DNA of 64,000 nucleotides from contig NC_043003.1 in assembly GCF_006345805.1 (NCBI RefSeq), forward strand, positions 22,630,001-22,694,000, written 5' to 3'. The DNA comes from Octopus sinensis. Its lineage: Eukaryota. Of the stretch, positions 26,818 through 40,561 are shown piece by piece; positions within the stretch are counted from its first letter, which is position 1, and each line of letters opens with the position of its first letter. The notes under the pieces are model-generated. The model was given only the letters and a program-made list of their open reading frames with translations. It was not told the origin of the DNA and made no database searches. Made by a program: the position numbers and the translations under genes.

Positions 26818-27649
26818 GAATGTGTTTACCAATAAAAAATGTTTTCAGTTTCAAAACTGATTAAGGTCTGTAACCATAATGATGTTTCAAATATATTCTC
26901 CTAACACTATAACTTCCCAGTCGGTTGTTTGTCTATATCTCTCATTACACTTTTGCGCGTGCGCAATTTTATTGCTAAAATACCTTGTTAACAGTTATAA
27001 TCTAATTAAGCTTAATGTGTCTTATTTGTATCTTATTACCGAGTTGGTAGAGTCCTGGGAATCTAATGCCATGTTGAGCATTTAGGGATAGTTTTCTATC
27101 GTAAGACAGTTTTTGCTCTATTGCATGTATAAGAGTCCTTTTTCTCGGTACATTTGTCCATTCCGAGCTGTTTTATACTCAACTCGTATGACAGATATTC
27201 ACAGTATGAGTATGACTTTTGCACAGTCTGATGGGAAGATATGATTCTCAACACAGTTTTAAATAATAAAGCAAGGTCATACCCACTTCCATTATATCAT
27301 GTCTCAAAAGCTACCATTCATCATCTATTTTTTCCACTTTGTAGACTTGTGTCGGAGTCTTAATTTTATGAGTATTTTTAAAGTGCTTTTGGTGAAAAAT
27401 ACATCTCTAAAATCAATTTTGGCGTATCCTATCAACTACGTACGTGTTATTGTCGACTATGAATGTTAATGTACGCATACATGTATGTATATGCGAATGT
27501 GCGTTTGAACTTTATAATTAAATCTATATCATGGTTTCCCAGAAGAATTAATTCGGACAAAAGCAATTCTAATTAGATGCAAACCAGAATTAATTCTGTT
27601 ACATATCTATTCAAATTCGCCATCTTCAATGTAGTTTTCATGCCTATCC

Positions 27650-28585
27650 TCATCTAAGGTCGTGAGTGTTGGGCATTGACGGAAAGAATATGATTGCGAA
27701 TTTAAGCGGCCAAAATGTGGTCCCTTCAAAGGATAAGTGTAGTAATGTTAGTCGATAGGTGCATAGCTCGGAGATCAAGAAGTCTCTCCAGATCGAGCCA
27801 TTACTCTGCATTAATAGATCACAGATCCGGTATCACAGACATATGATTAGAATGTTGCAGGAAAGAATCGCAAGACGGATACTTCAATCCAAATAAGCAG
27901 ACAGGAGACCCAGGAGTAGAGCAAGAATTAGATAGTTGGATAATACCCGTTGAGTCGATTGTTCACGCTTGGGAATCCATCCAGAAAATATAACGTTTGC
28001 TTCTGACTGGACCATATGGAGGAGGTGCCTGAGAACTCTACTTGATAGGTCCGTATGAACCCTTCCCTATGAGCTCCACCTATGAACTCTACCTGATAGG
28101 ACCCTATAGAGGAAGTGCCTGAGAACTCTACTTGATAGGACCATATGAACCCGTCCCTATGAACTTCACCTATGAACTCTACCTGATAAAACCCTACGGA
28201 AGAAGTGCCTCTACTTGATAGGACCATTTGAACTCTTCCCTATGAACTCTACCTGATAGGACCCTATGGAGGAAATGCCTGAGAACTCTACTTGATAGGA
28301 CTGTATGAACCCGTCCCTATGAACTCCACCTATGAACTCTACTTGATAGGACCTTATGGAGGAGGTGCCTGCGAACTCTACTTGATAAGACCGTTTGAAC
28401 CCTTCCCTATGATCTCCACATATGAACTCTGCCTGATAGGACCCTATGAAGGAGGTGCCTGGGAACTCTACTTGATAGGATCGTATGAACTCTACCTGAC
28501 AGGACACAGTGGAGGATATACCTGAGGACTCTATCCCACGACCTTCCCAGGAATACTGGATGTGGAAGATGGATGGGTGGATAGA
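27650..28585 (+). mobile_element. Decayed RTE-clade LINE 3' end interrupted by a tandem array
   Basis: Peptide IKKSLQIEPLLCINRSQIRYHRHMIRMLQERIARRILQSK*ADRRPRSRARIR*LD...RLGIHPENI matches the RTE C-terminus pattern (EPLL..IERSQLRW.GH..RM..ER...GRRPRGRPR.RW). It ends with a gaagatggatgggtggatag tail. Confidence 0.75.
28009..28530. repeat. 90-bp minisatellite, about 5.7 units, built from GAACTCTACYTGATAGG subrepeats
   Basis: Units start at 28009, 28099, 28189, 28259 (after a 20-bp deletion), 28349 and 28439. Confidence 0.9.
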
Positions 28586-29347
28586 CACCTTCAGTGCGGA
28601 TCTTCTACTAAAGCACTCATATCATGAACTGCATTCAACTGTTATCTCACAATACATTAAAAAAGGCACCCTATAAGATTTATCATAAATTCACACATTT
28701 CCTATGAATATCCTTAGCTGATATAAACACCACACCAGATATTCATCTATGCTGGATAAAGTTTATGGCAAATATACTAAAGTTCCGCTAACTGCAGTTC
28801 ACCTAAATGTACATGTTGTTCGATAATTAAGAGTACATAGGTGAACATTGTGAGCGAAAAGAAACCGTATATTGGTTGATTGGATGCTTTTGTAACTAGT
28901 AATGATTAAAAATCAACATGGACTATCGTTTCAATGTTTATTTTCCATCAGCTATCACATACAAGTATAAGTACGTATGTATGTATGTATGTATGTATGT
29001 ATGTATGTATGTATGTATGTATGTATGTATGTATGCATATGTATATATATATATATGCATGCATGTGTGTATGTATGTATGTATGTATGCATGTATGTAT
29101 TCATATATTTATATTATACGCATGGTCATTTGACAGAAATACAGGAGACTGTGATTTCTGTGTCGCCGGTAGTTTACACGGATACATACATTATACACAA
29201 ATACATACATATATACTGAGATACATACGTAGATACATACACACAGCTAACTGATATTGTAGTATGTATATTTGTACACACATTTAAATAAATAAATATA
29301 TATATATATATCAATATCTACCTATCTGCCTGTCTGTCTGTTTTCTG

Positions 29348-29393
<46 letters not shown>

Positions 29394-29920
29394 CATAGAG
29401 AGGGAGATAATTGTATAGAATACAATTATAATCAAGGGCACAGAAGCTTCTATGCCAATAAGCGGAAAATAGACGCCAAATACGTAGAGCCACGTATTTA
29501 GATCCTCACCTTAGAATATACACAGGTTGAAATCAAGAAAAGTGGACTGTGCAAAATTTCATAAAGTAATTCAGATAATTTTGGATTTATCAATTTCTGG
29601 ATTAGTTTAATAACTTTTCCTTCATCAGCAAAACATACAGAGCGAAATAAATTAAAATATTTATACCCACAAACAAAGCACACACGTAATGCGAGTACAT
29701 ACAAATATTCACAAATATGTACGCATCGAATTTCGTAGCCTACCTCAGCACGTGTGTATTGCGTCAGAATAGTTCAGAAGTAATTAAATTGTTTCGAAGT
29801 GAATGGGATACATCTAAACATAAAGGATAAAATTAAAATTAATGAATTTTATCAGTGGCCAGCTTTTAGTCTGCTATAATGAATCCATAGGCACATATAA
29901 AGCATCCAAGGGTATATTTT

Positions 29921-29999
29921 TCCTCTGAAGATATTATGCTCAAGTAATATAAATATAAATGAAATATTTATTGAATATTAATTGAAACAGCTGTAAGTG
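29921..29999 (+). ncRNA. Hammerhead-ribozyme-like motif, type I with a long AT-rich stem II
   Basis: tcct-CTGAAGA(29925-31)-52-nt imperfect hairpin-GAAAC(29984)-AGCT-GTA(29993-95)-agtg. It has the same GAAACAGCTGTAAG as the 8443 and 9392 motifs. Confidence 0.55.
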
Positions 30000-30064
30000 A
30001 AGATGATTAATTTGCTGTTGATAATAAGCAATTAATAACTTCCCAATCTCCATTTTCTTTTTCC

Positions 30065-30135
<71 letters not shown>

Positions 30136-30402
30136 ATACATATATATATATGTATATAATATATATATAATATACATATATATACATATATATATATATA
30201 CAACACACACATATATATATTATATACATATATATATATACACATATATTATATATATACATATATTATATACATATAATATAAAAATATATATATATAT
30301 AAACATATATATACATATATATATACATATATATATACATATATATACATATATATATACATATATATATATACATATATTATATATATATACACATATA
30401 TA

Positions 30403-30433
<31 letters not shown>

Positions 30434-30434
30434 C

Positions 30435-30518
<84 letters not shown>

Positions 30519-31495
30519 TACATGGCATATATAATACATATATACATAATACACACACACATACATACGCATACTCAATCCATCTTCCATTTAAATTTTC
30601 AACAACCACCATTATTAGTTTAATACTATTAAGTTATGTCGACTATGCCTGAAATTCTGTCGAATAAATGAACGAGGAATTTATACAGAAAAAATAAAAC
30701 ATAAAAAAAAAGGAAGAAAAAATCAGATAAAAAAGAAGCAAAAAATATCTAGTTCGGATGTTGTTGTTTAATCGCAGGGCAAGATTTGAGGGGAGATTGG
30801 TTTTTGCTAATTCTGGTAGTTTCAACGACCTCGTAGAAGCTAGTTCGTTCGTTTTCGTGGGCTGGTTATCAAAATTGTTTGCCTCTTAGCAAAGAACATG
30901 ATACACGAAGGAAAAAACAGAAAGCGCGTGTGAGGGCATTAGGCATGCGCAGTCCATGAGCAGCGTGTATGTCAAATCCCAGGAGTATATTTTCAAATGT
31001 CAGAAGAGTTGTTATTCACAAATAAATTATTGGCCAAATGGAATATTTAAAATGGTAGAAGCTTTCTGAAATAGAATACGAATACACATACATATATATA
31101 CATACATACTTACATGCAAATATATATATAATATATATAATATATATATAATATATATACATACAACATAATACATACATACATACATACTATACATATA
31201 TATATATATATGTGTGTGTGTGTGTTGTGTGGTGGTGTGTGTATGTGTGTGTTGCTGTATATGATAGAACTAATAGAACAAAAAAAAAAAAAATATAAGC
31301 AAAAAAATGTGCTTGTACGGTAGGATGATAGGAATATTACATAATTTGGATGACTTTCGGAAAAATGAGAAGGTGAAATTGTGTTCAAAGTGCATTGTAT
31401 TACACATTTTTTGCAGGGGCATATATATATGGGCGTTTATGTGCGCGTGCGCGTGTATATGTGTGTATCTGTACCTAAGTGTGTTGTGTGTATAT

Positions 31496-31541
<46 letters not shown>

Positions 31542-31580
31542 CTGTACGTGTGTGTATGATATATATAGCAATATATATAA

Positions 31581-31620
<40 letters not shown>

Positions 31621-32367
31621 AATATGCATGAATATATATATGGTTATATATATATATAGGTATATGTATACATGTTATAAATAAATGTATGTATATGACT
31701 ATATATATAATATATATTTAGACTTATGTGTATATATGCGTATATATATATATATGTGTGTGTGTGTGTATATATAATTATATATACATACATACATGCA
31801 TACATAAATATATATAATATGAATAAATATATGTCATAAATAACTCGTTCTCATATCTATATTACCGAAAATTCATAAATATTAACATAAATTTCTTTTT
31901 CTCATCTTCCTTCCCTCTCACCCTGATTGTCCATCTGTTCCTGTCTATCCATCTCTCTACCCCCTCTCACTCTCTCACACACACGTCTGTCTCTCTGTCT
32001 CTCTCTCTCTCTCTCCTCTCCCTATACATGTATCTATGCGTCTGTGCACGAGGTGAGCTTTGTGTCTGCTTGTGTTGAACATTTGAAATATATCAAGATT
32101 TAGTGTCATATGTTGTACACAGTGTAAGTATTATTAGCGTGAACCGCTATTTATTCGAAGTACTATAAACCGGATACCAGCATTGACTGAAAGAATAAAA
32201 GAGACAGGAAGCAATGTGTAGTAATAAATGTTCAAATGGTCATGAGGTCGACGATTCATATACCGTAAATATAATGCTTTTCGAACATTTTTGTTTTTAA
32301 CTATAGCCTCTTTTCTTCCATTGATTATTTATCAACGCCGCCGTTTGCTACATTCCAAGAAAATTTT

Positions 32368-33050
<683 letters not shown>

Positions 33051-33218
33051 AAGATTATACTAGAAAGCGTGGCTATCGACAGGTTGATCACCGGTTAAGA
33101 AGATCGCTTCGCAGCTACGTGGTTTCCGATCAAGCCCCACTGTGTGATAATAAGGACGCGTGTCTACTCGTATGGATACATGCGTGTGCATTTGGTAGAT
33201 GGAAACTGTGAGGATGCC

Positions 33219-33262
<44 letters not shown>

Positions 33263-33565
33263 CGTATACATGTATGTATGTGTATATGTATATGCATACA
33301 TACGGACATACATGCATACCTGCATACGTACACAACCTTATTTATTGGAACAGTGAAACTCGAAGCACACAAAGCTATTAATAATAGAGTGTAAATATTG
33401 GGTTAATAACTCGTTTGATAGAAATAGTGAAAGACTGCGTCGTGGAACTTCATGCTGTTATCAATATATATATCATATATATATATATAGATATATATAT
33501 ATATATATATATATATATTACATATATATGTATTAAATACATGTATATTACTATATATATATATA

Positions 33566-35045
33566 TACTTTGATACTTGATACTTTGATAGGTTCGGCCA
33601 TTATTGGCCCAGGCCATGTCTAACTTAATAGCACCACATGGTGAAGTCTTTCAAGTCAGAATTTGGGCACTATGGCCCACTCAAGTAGAGAGTTATTGTT
33701 TACAGAGACATATCCGGGTGTAGGGGGTTTATCCGGGATTCTTGAAGGAATCTGTCCAAAGACTTCTTGAATCCTATGGGTCAGTTTCTGTTTTAATGGG
33801 TTTTGGTGTGTTGTTAATGGGTAAATGAGGTGAAATAATTGTGCCGTATGTCTTATGAGATGAGAGTGCGATTTTTGTTTTGGGCGGATGGCACGGGGCC
33901 CAAGCCTTGGATGTACCTTAAAGGTGATGCCAACATCATTTGGGCAATGCTGATGAAATATTTTCCACATCATGCAGATGATGTAGCGCTCACGACGACG
34001 TTGGAGAGAATAGAGTTTTAGCTTTTCTAGTCGACCCCAATAGTCGAGGCCTGTCATGCCATCTATCTTTTTTGTGATTGCTCTTTGAGGTGCTTCAACT
34101 TTTATGATACCTGTATTCTGTGGGGAGACCACAGTGGACATCAGTATTCAAGGTGGGGTCGGGCAAAAGTGGAGAAGAGAGGATAATGGTGTGGATATCT
34201 CTCGACTGGAAAGTTCTGAGAATCCAGGAACACATTCTGCGGGCCATGTCAACTTTGGTGTTTATATGAGTTGGCCCAGCTTATGTGTTGTCCACAATTA
34301 CTCCCAAGTCTCTGATGTTGTTGGACGCCGCGAGAGTTTCACCTGAAGGAAGGGAGTATGGAGTTTCAGGGCATCCTCTTTCCAAAGTGGATTAACTCAA
34401 ATTTATCCTCGTTCAGCAGCATATTGTTTTTTTCTGCCCATTGGATAACAGCCAGTAGATCTGACTGAAGGCATGTCCGGTCACTCGCCTCATTTATGAC
34501 CCTCTGTAGCTTGGAATCATCTGCAAAGATTTTATGTTGCTGTGCTTGATGATGTCATTAATGTCATTAATGTAAATGATGAAAGAAGTGGGCCCAGCAC
34601 AGTGCCTTGCGGAACGCCACTACTGACTTTGGCTGGGCTTGATTTTACCCCTTCAACTACAACTGGGAGATCTGTCTGTCAGGAAACACTTGATCCATTT
34701 CAGTAACTTTCAGAGACACCAATGTTGATAGTTTTTTCAATGGATCTTGTGATCGACCCTGTCGAAGGCCTTACTGAATCAAGGTAGATGACATCGGTGT
34801 TAGAGCCCTCTCCCAAAGCTCTCAAAATGTCCTCAAAGTGATGCAGGAGCTGCGTTAGGCAGTCCCTTCCATTACGGAACCCATGTTGGTTGGAGATCAG
34901 CCGTCTGTTGCTTTCCAGAAATTGGGTTATTCGAGATCTCACCACCCTCTCAAATACCTTGATGATATGAGAGGTGAGTGAGATCGGACGGTAGTTCACT
35001 GCAAGGGACTTGTTTCCCTTTTGAAAACTGGGGACAGGGGTACTG
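33566..35045 (-). mobile_element. 5'-truncated CR1/L2-type LINE (frameshifted RT pseudogene)
   Basis: RT motifs NYRPISLTSHIIKVFERVV, QHGFRNGRDCLTQLL, DVIYLD, SGVPQGTVLGP and FADDSKL, then the C-terminal LDYWGRLEKLKLYSLQRRRERY. The 3' tail is (TATCAAAG)n-like at 33566-33590. Confidence 0.93.
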
Positions 35046-35519
35046 CAGGGACCGGAAGGGGTGTTGTGGGAATATAGGACACAGGGCCCGGGCCTGTGAG
35101 TTTCTCACGCCACAGATTGCAAGTTATGCAAGTTGGTGTTCGCCATTTACACCGTTATAATACCTCAGCAGAGTAGATTACTCAATGTTAGAAATCTTTT
35201 TAAACACACCAATTAGTACTAATCCACATTCAACCTTTTACATACACTCGTAGATGTGTACATATGTATGTATGCAATACATACATACATACCTTAAATA
35301 TATATATTTACAGGTATATATATATTACATATATATTATATATATATATACATACTCATACATACATACATACCTGTAAATATATATATTTACGGTATAT
35401 ATATATATATGTATATTTATATTATATCTATATATATATAGATATATAATATATATATATAATATATATATATATACGGAACCCATGTTGGTTGGAGATC
35501 AGCCGTCTGTTGCTTCCTG

Positions 35520-35564
<45 letters not shown>

Positions 35565-35643
35565 TATATATATATAATATATATACATACATATTTATAT
35601 TTATATATATATAGAAAATGATAAAATAATTTTATAAAAAGCA

Positions 35644-35685
35644 TTCCAGTACCGGTTTCCGCCTTTGAGACTTTTTCAACTGTAA
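35644..35685 (-). ncRNA. Minimal hammerhead-like motif with a U3-A8 variant core
   Basis: ttacag-TTGAAAA-agtct caa aggcg-GAAA-CCGG-TA-ctggaa. Stem I pairs at 5 of 6 positions, stem II has 4 pairs, the stem/loop III is the palindrome ACCGGT and the triplet is GUA. Confidence 0.6.
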
Positions 35686-38134
35686 GTATGGAAAACAATT
35701 AAATTTTGGAAAAATTAAATGAAAAGCATTTTAAAAGAATATTTGCATAGTATTCAAATACAAGGGGAAGAAGAAGAAGAAGAAGAAGAAGAAGAAGAAG
35801 AAGAAGAAGAAAATAATGCGGGAGTGCTATGATAATTATACAGTCATGCAAGAAATCTTTGGGTCAGTCCTATTGCATGATATACTTGGGGACATTTTTT
35901 TTCCTATGATGATATCAAGGTGACCTAAGCTTTGTAAGTGCAAGTCAGTAGACGGAAGCAGCGTGGAAGCGCATTGAATGAATTTTGCATGTTGCTGGAT
36001 AATGTATCGAATGAAAACCCTGTTTTAATACTATTATATGGCCCCTGGGTGCATTTAGCATAACACACTCTGTAGCAGTCTCCAGTGTGAGAACTTCCTC
36101 CCACATTCTAAATCCTGAAAAGTCTAAGAAAAGAAAACAAAAAATAGAAGAAAAGAAGTAAAAAAGAGAAGAAATAAACAGAAGTAATAAAAGGAAGATT
36201 TTTATTGGCCTGAAAACTAAACAAAATTCAAACTTCACTATCATTTCTCTTTTCACTGATGACTGATATTACGTCTGTACTTCAATAAGTTGTAATTTTC
36301 GTTTTGTCAGATAAACAGTTCTTCCTTCTTTTTTGCATTTTGGCACAATTTGAAAAGAAATTTGAAAGAAGGGAGGAATAAAGAAGGTTGATTCAACGCC
36401 AATACTCAACATGTACTTATTTTAAGGACGTAGAAAAAATCGAAGTGAAAAACAACCTCAGTGCGATTTGATTTTAGAAAACTAATACATAAAGCTAAAT
36501 ACCAGAATTTTACACGACGTTTAACCGAGCCTGGTGCTACACTAGAGTTTTATTTGCTATTAAATTATAAACGTTAGTCCTAAGACAATAATACCTTGCC
36601 TTGAAACCATTAAATATGTTTAAACTAATAGTCACTAACAGCAAACACACGAGACTAACAGATTGCATTGCATGCTTAATAATGGCCTCCCAAAGCATTA
36701 AAAAATTAAAGAAGAATAGAGCGATGGACACACTGTTTGCTTTATGAAATCAGACTTGTAGAATTCGAAAGTCGATTCAGTAAATATAACTAATTGTAGG
36801 ATTAAGAGAATGGAAAATAGATTAAAATTATCGCTTATGTTCTTGTATGTATCATCTCCTCCACATCAGTGTTCATACTGTTTACAACCTTATATATTCC
36901 GGCCAAGGATTATGGAGTTAATATCTAATCTTATATTGCCATTCGAACATAAGAAAAAAAGGTGATAGAAACGAGAAAGAAAAGTCGTAAAAGCAGAAGA
37001 AACTTTAAGGCTAATTTGTATTGAGAATTCTAAGAGCTATTTCCTTTGTGTCAACTCTGAAAAACCAAAATTCATAGCAGAATTTTATTATGTCGAGTTC
37101 GAATATAAAAAGTACTTATACAATTTCCTTTGCACATATCCTATCTTATGGAGTCGATTGTGAATATGGTAAGTCTAAAAATAAGAAATCTATAGAAATA
37201 GCTTTGTACGTTGTCTTCATAGTTACCATTCAAGAAGTGTTGAAAAAGTATTACGTTTGATAGCAAATATCAATGTGTTTGATAGCCAGTGGCAATTCCA
37301 AGCCCAATTTTATTAGGTTTTACAACAGGAATCTTACTATAAGCTAGAATGTTTTTTCTCTTTATTTTCTTTTCAATAAAACATTTTATAGACATGGGAT
37401 TTTTCAAACAAGGTGATTGCTGCTGCTACCGTTGTTAAGTGTCGCGAGAGATTTAACTCTCAGTGATTTTCGTGATTTCATGATCTAACAGGAAAAATTT
37501 ATTGAAGTGGTCTCCTGTTTCTCGCTACATGTAACTCTGTTACATGACTTCAGGTCAAGACTTTAAGCTTATGAAATGCTAGTAAGTTATAACGGTGTTG
37601 TCTTGTACTAGCAACTAACAACTACCTAAGTTCCTGTTCATAGTTTTGCGGATAAGTGCAATTAAATTAAACATTTTGGCTTGGAGAACATTTTTAGCAC
37701 GACAAGGACGGGAGAAAGTTCTGAAGAAATTTCGTTTGTTTTTAACGGAAGTACATTGTTCTCGTAATGTTCAATGAAGGCCGCTTAAACCATTACAAAA
37801 ATTAAAGAAACCGAAAAGAGCAATGGAAGCGATGTCGGCTCTCTGCACATATGTAAAGTATAAAAGTCTATTAATATAACTTATAGGTTTATTATGAGCA
37901 TAGACTATTGATTTATATTCTTGTATGTTTCATATGTTTGTAAACTCACTGATTATGACTTCCCACTGTCTATCTACAATCAATATTAAACCCATTTTTC
38001 TGGCAAGTATGGGAGATAACTCCGAATGTGTTTCGGTGTTATTCTGATTGAAAATATTTCCAATGTTATTGGTAGAACTCCAAACATCTTCCGGAGAGCA
38101 TAGTTGATTAATTTGACTCAAGTATTAGTCTGAT

Positions 38135-40561
38135 TCCGTATTTTATCAAACTTACAAGTATGAAAATCAAAGTTGATTCTGAGAGGATATAACTAAATAA
38201 GGCAATTGATTCTGTTTCGAGCACAAACCCCACTACCCATTGATAAAATGATTTCTAATTTTTGCACAGTGCCTGAAATTTTATAGTTGAGGAATAATCA
38301 ATTATATTTGACTTGTACTTTATTTTAGTTAGCCCGGAGAGGGGAGATTGAAAGGCAAAGTTGATCTTGGCGGGATTTGAACTAAGAACATACAAAAGTC
38401 GTAAATTAGTTATTTAGTATTCCCCTGCACTAAATATACCAATACTAACTTAAATATTGTTGTTTACATTTATGGCGTCTCTGAGTTATGCAAAAATATA
38501 TAATTACAGACATTGAAAATATATTATCAAACGGTGAGCCAGAGATTTTAAAAAATAATTTAAATTTTTACAAAATCCATATTAATGTATGAAAGGTTTG
38601 AAAAACGAATTATTCATAACTTTCTTATACATAAATATGATTAATAAGACAGGCTAAGCAATACTTTTCTATGTTATTTTCTGAATTTTTATATCAAAAC
38701 ATATTGTTTTTTCCCCTGAAGTTAAAATTTGACTCGAGGTGAGTACTTTTAAAGAAGGAAATAATTCGATTGCATCAACCCCAGTTCTCGACTGGTATTT
38801 ATTTTACCGACCCTGAAAATATGAAAGGCAAAGTCGACCTCAGCAAAATTCAGTTCGTTAGGAGCGGGAAGAAATGCCGCTAAGCATTTTTTGTGCCACG
38901 TACTAACCATTTTGCCTGCCTGCCGCTTTTCAATAGTTCAGATAATCCTTTTTACTCAAGACACAAGTCCTCAAAAATCAATATAATCATTTATCCAATA
39001 CTCTCATGGCCTGAGATTTTGGGGAACTTCATTTTATCGACCCCGAAACTATGAAAGGCAAAGTCGACCTAAGCTGAACTTGAATTCAGAAAACAAAGAG
39101 CTTGAAGAGATGCTGCCAAGAATTTCATCTGACAAGCTAACAATTCTGCCAGCTAGCCATCTTTTATAAACCAATATAATCCTTTCTATTCGTTTGTCTT
39201 TACGTTCTGAGTTCAAATTACGCCAAGGTCGACTTTGCCTTTCATCCTTTCCGGTGTCGATAAATTAAGTACCAGTTGCGTACTGGAGGCGATATAATCG
39301 ACTGGACCCTCCCACAAAATTTCGGGCCTTGTGCCGAGAGTAGAAAAGAATATAATCTTTTCTATTATAGGCACAATGTCTCAGAAACCAATGTAATCAA
39401 ATTGAAATAAAAGAGTGAAGAACGGAAGTATGGAAGACAAAACAAGTAATTACATTTTATTTTGTATGTTTACATTTCGAGGTTAATGCCTCTTTGTCAG
39501 GATAAAAAAATAGAGGATGGTGTCGCAATGGTTTCTTTTACTCAGGTGTAAGGGTCTTTTAAAACTTTTCAAATAAAGAGTGCTCCATTAATTTCAAACT
39601 TGCAATACGAAGCGTATCAGTAGTTCATTTTATTTGATTTCTTGTATGACACGAAGTTAAAGCAATAAAAAACTATTAGCGAATTTATAGAAGATTAAAT
39701 TATACCGAGGTAACGTTCTACTTTCATTGCGAATGCTTCATAAAGTTAAAGAAGGCACTTCCTTTAACAAGTTTCACGAAAAAGGAAGCATGTCTACTAT
39801 TGCCTTCCGTACTTGGCATGATAAAATAAAAAAAAATAATGTCGGTCACCGATTAACATTACATTTGCTTTGTAGCTTGTCGGATGCCGGATGGCTTTAT
39901 TTCTAATGTACCAAGCATTAATTATGCTTTCATCTACATCCATTGAACAATTAATTGTTATGCAGGCGACTTCCTAAAGCAGTGGATGAAGAGAATCATT
40001 AGAGCGTCGGTTAACGTGCTTTGCAGAAATTTAGTTCCGACTATTTCAGTTCAGAGTTCAAATCCTATCAAGGTTATATTTGTTTTTTTTTATCTCCCGG
40101 TGGAAATAAATCATCATTCTCTCAGTTAAATACTGTGAAAAGGGCGATTTAATCGACTGATATTGATATTTTTCAGGCTTCTTAAAGTAGGAAACTACGG
40201 CTGAATATTATGGATGAATCTTCTCTGTGCTGTTTACTCTTTAAGGGCTGATTAGGGTATAAACTTGTCAGTATTCCTTTGCAGAGTAGCATCCTCAGGT
40301 ATTATTAGCTTTAAAGGACATAAAAGATAAACGAGATATGCGGTGTGTCTGTCATCGTATTCAAAGCAAAAGAATGAAGTTGAAGTCGTTGAAGTCGTTT
40401 ATTCCTCAACTATAAAATTTCAGGCACTGTGCTAAAATTAGAAATCATTTTATCAATGGGTAGTGGGGTTTGTGCTCGAAACAGAATCAATTGCCTTATT
40501 TAGTTATATCCTCTCAGAATCAACTTTGATTTTCATACTTGTAAGGTTGATAAAATACGGA
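38135..40561. repeat. 163-bp near-identical inverted duplication (38135-38297 and 40399-40561)
   Basis: Reverse-complement match with only 2 mismatches found by eye. Confidence 0.92.

Noticed and set aside
28009-28530. CRISPR-like appearance of short repeats with spacers
   Set aside because: The spacers are themselves repeated, the context is eukaryotic and no cas genes are present; it is a minisatellite.
29500-29640. Candidate NCS exon 1 ending at an AAG|GTGAG donor, and a CTGATGA motif
   Set aside because: No frame resembles an NCS N-terminus, and there is no valid stem III or cleavage site.
35945-36115. Exon-like segment after a strong minus-strand acceptor (similar case at 46700-46850)
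   Set aside because: No recognisable protein in any frame; it could be a UTR exon but the sequence alone cannot show this.
39870-39945. MDVDESIINAWYIRNK as a possible NCS exon 1
   Set aside because: It lacks MG, the GF motif and a phase-0 donor at the expected position.
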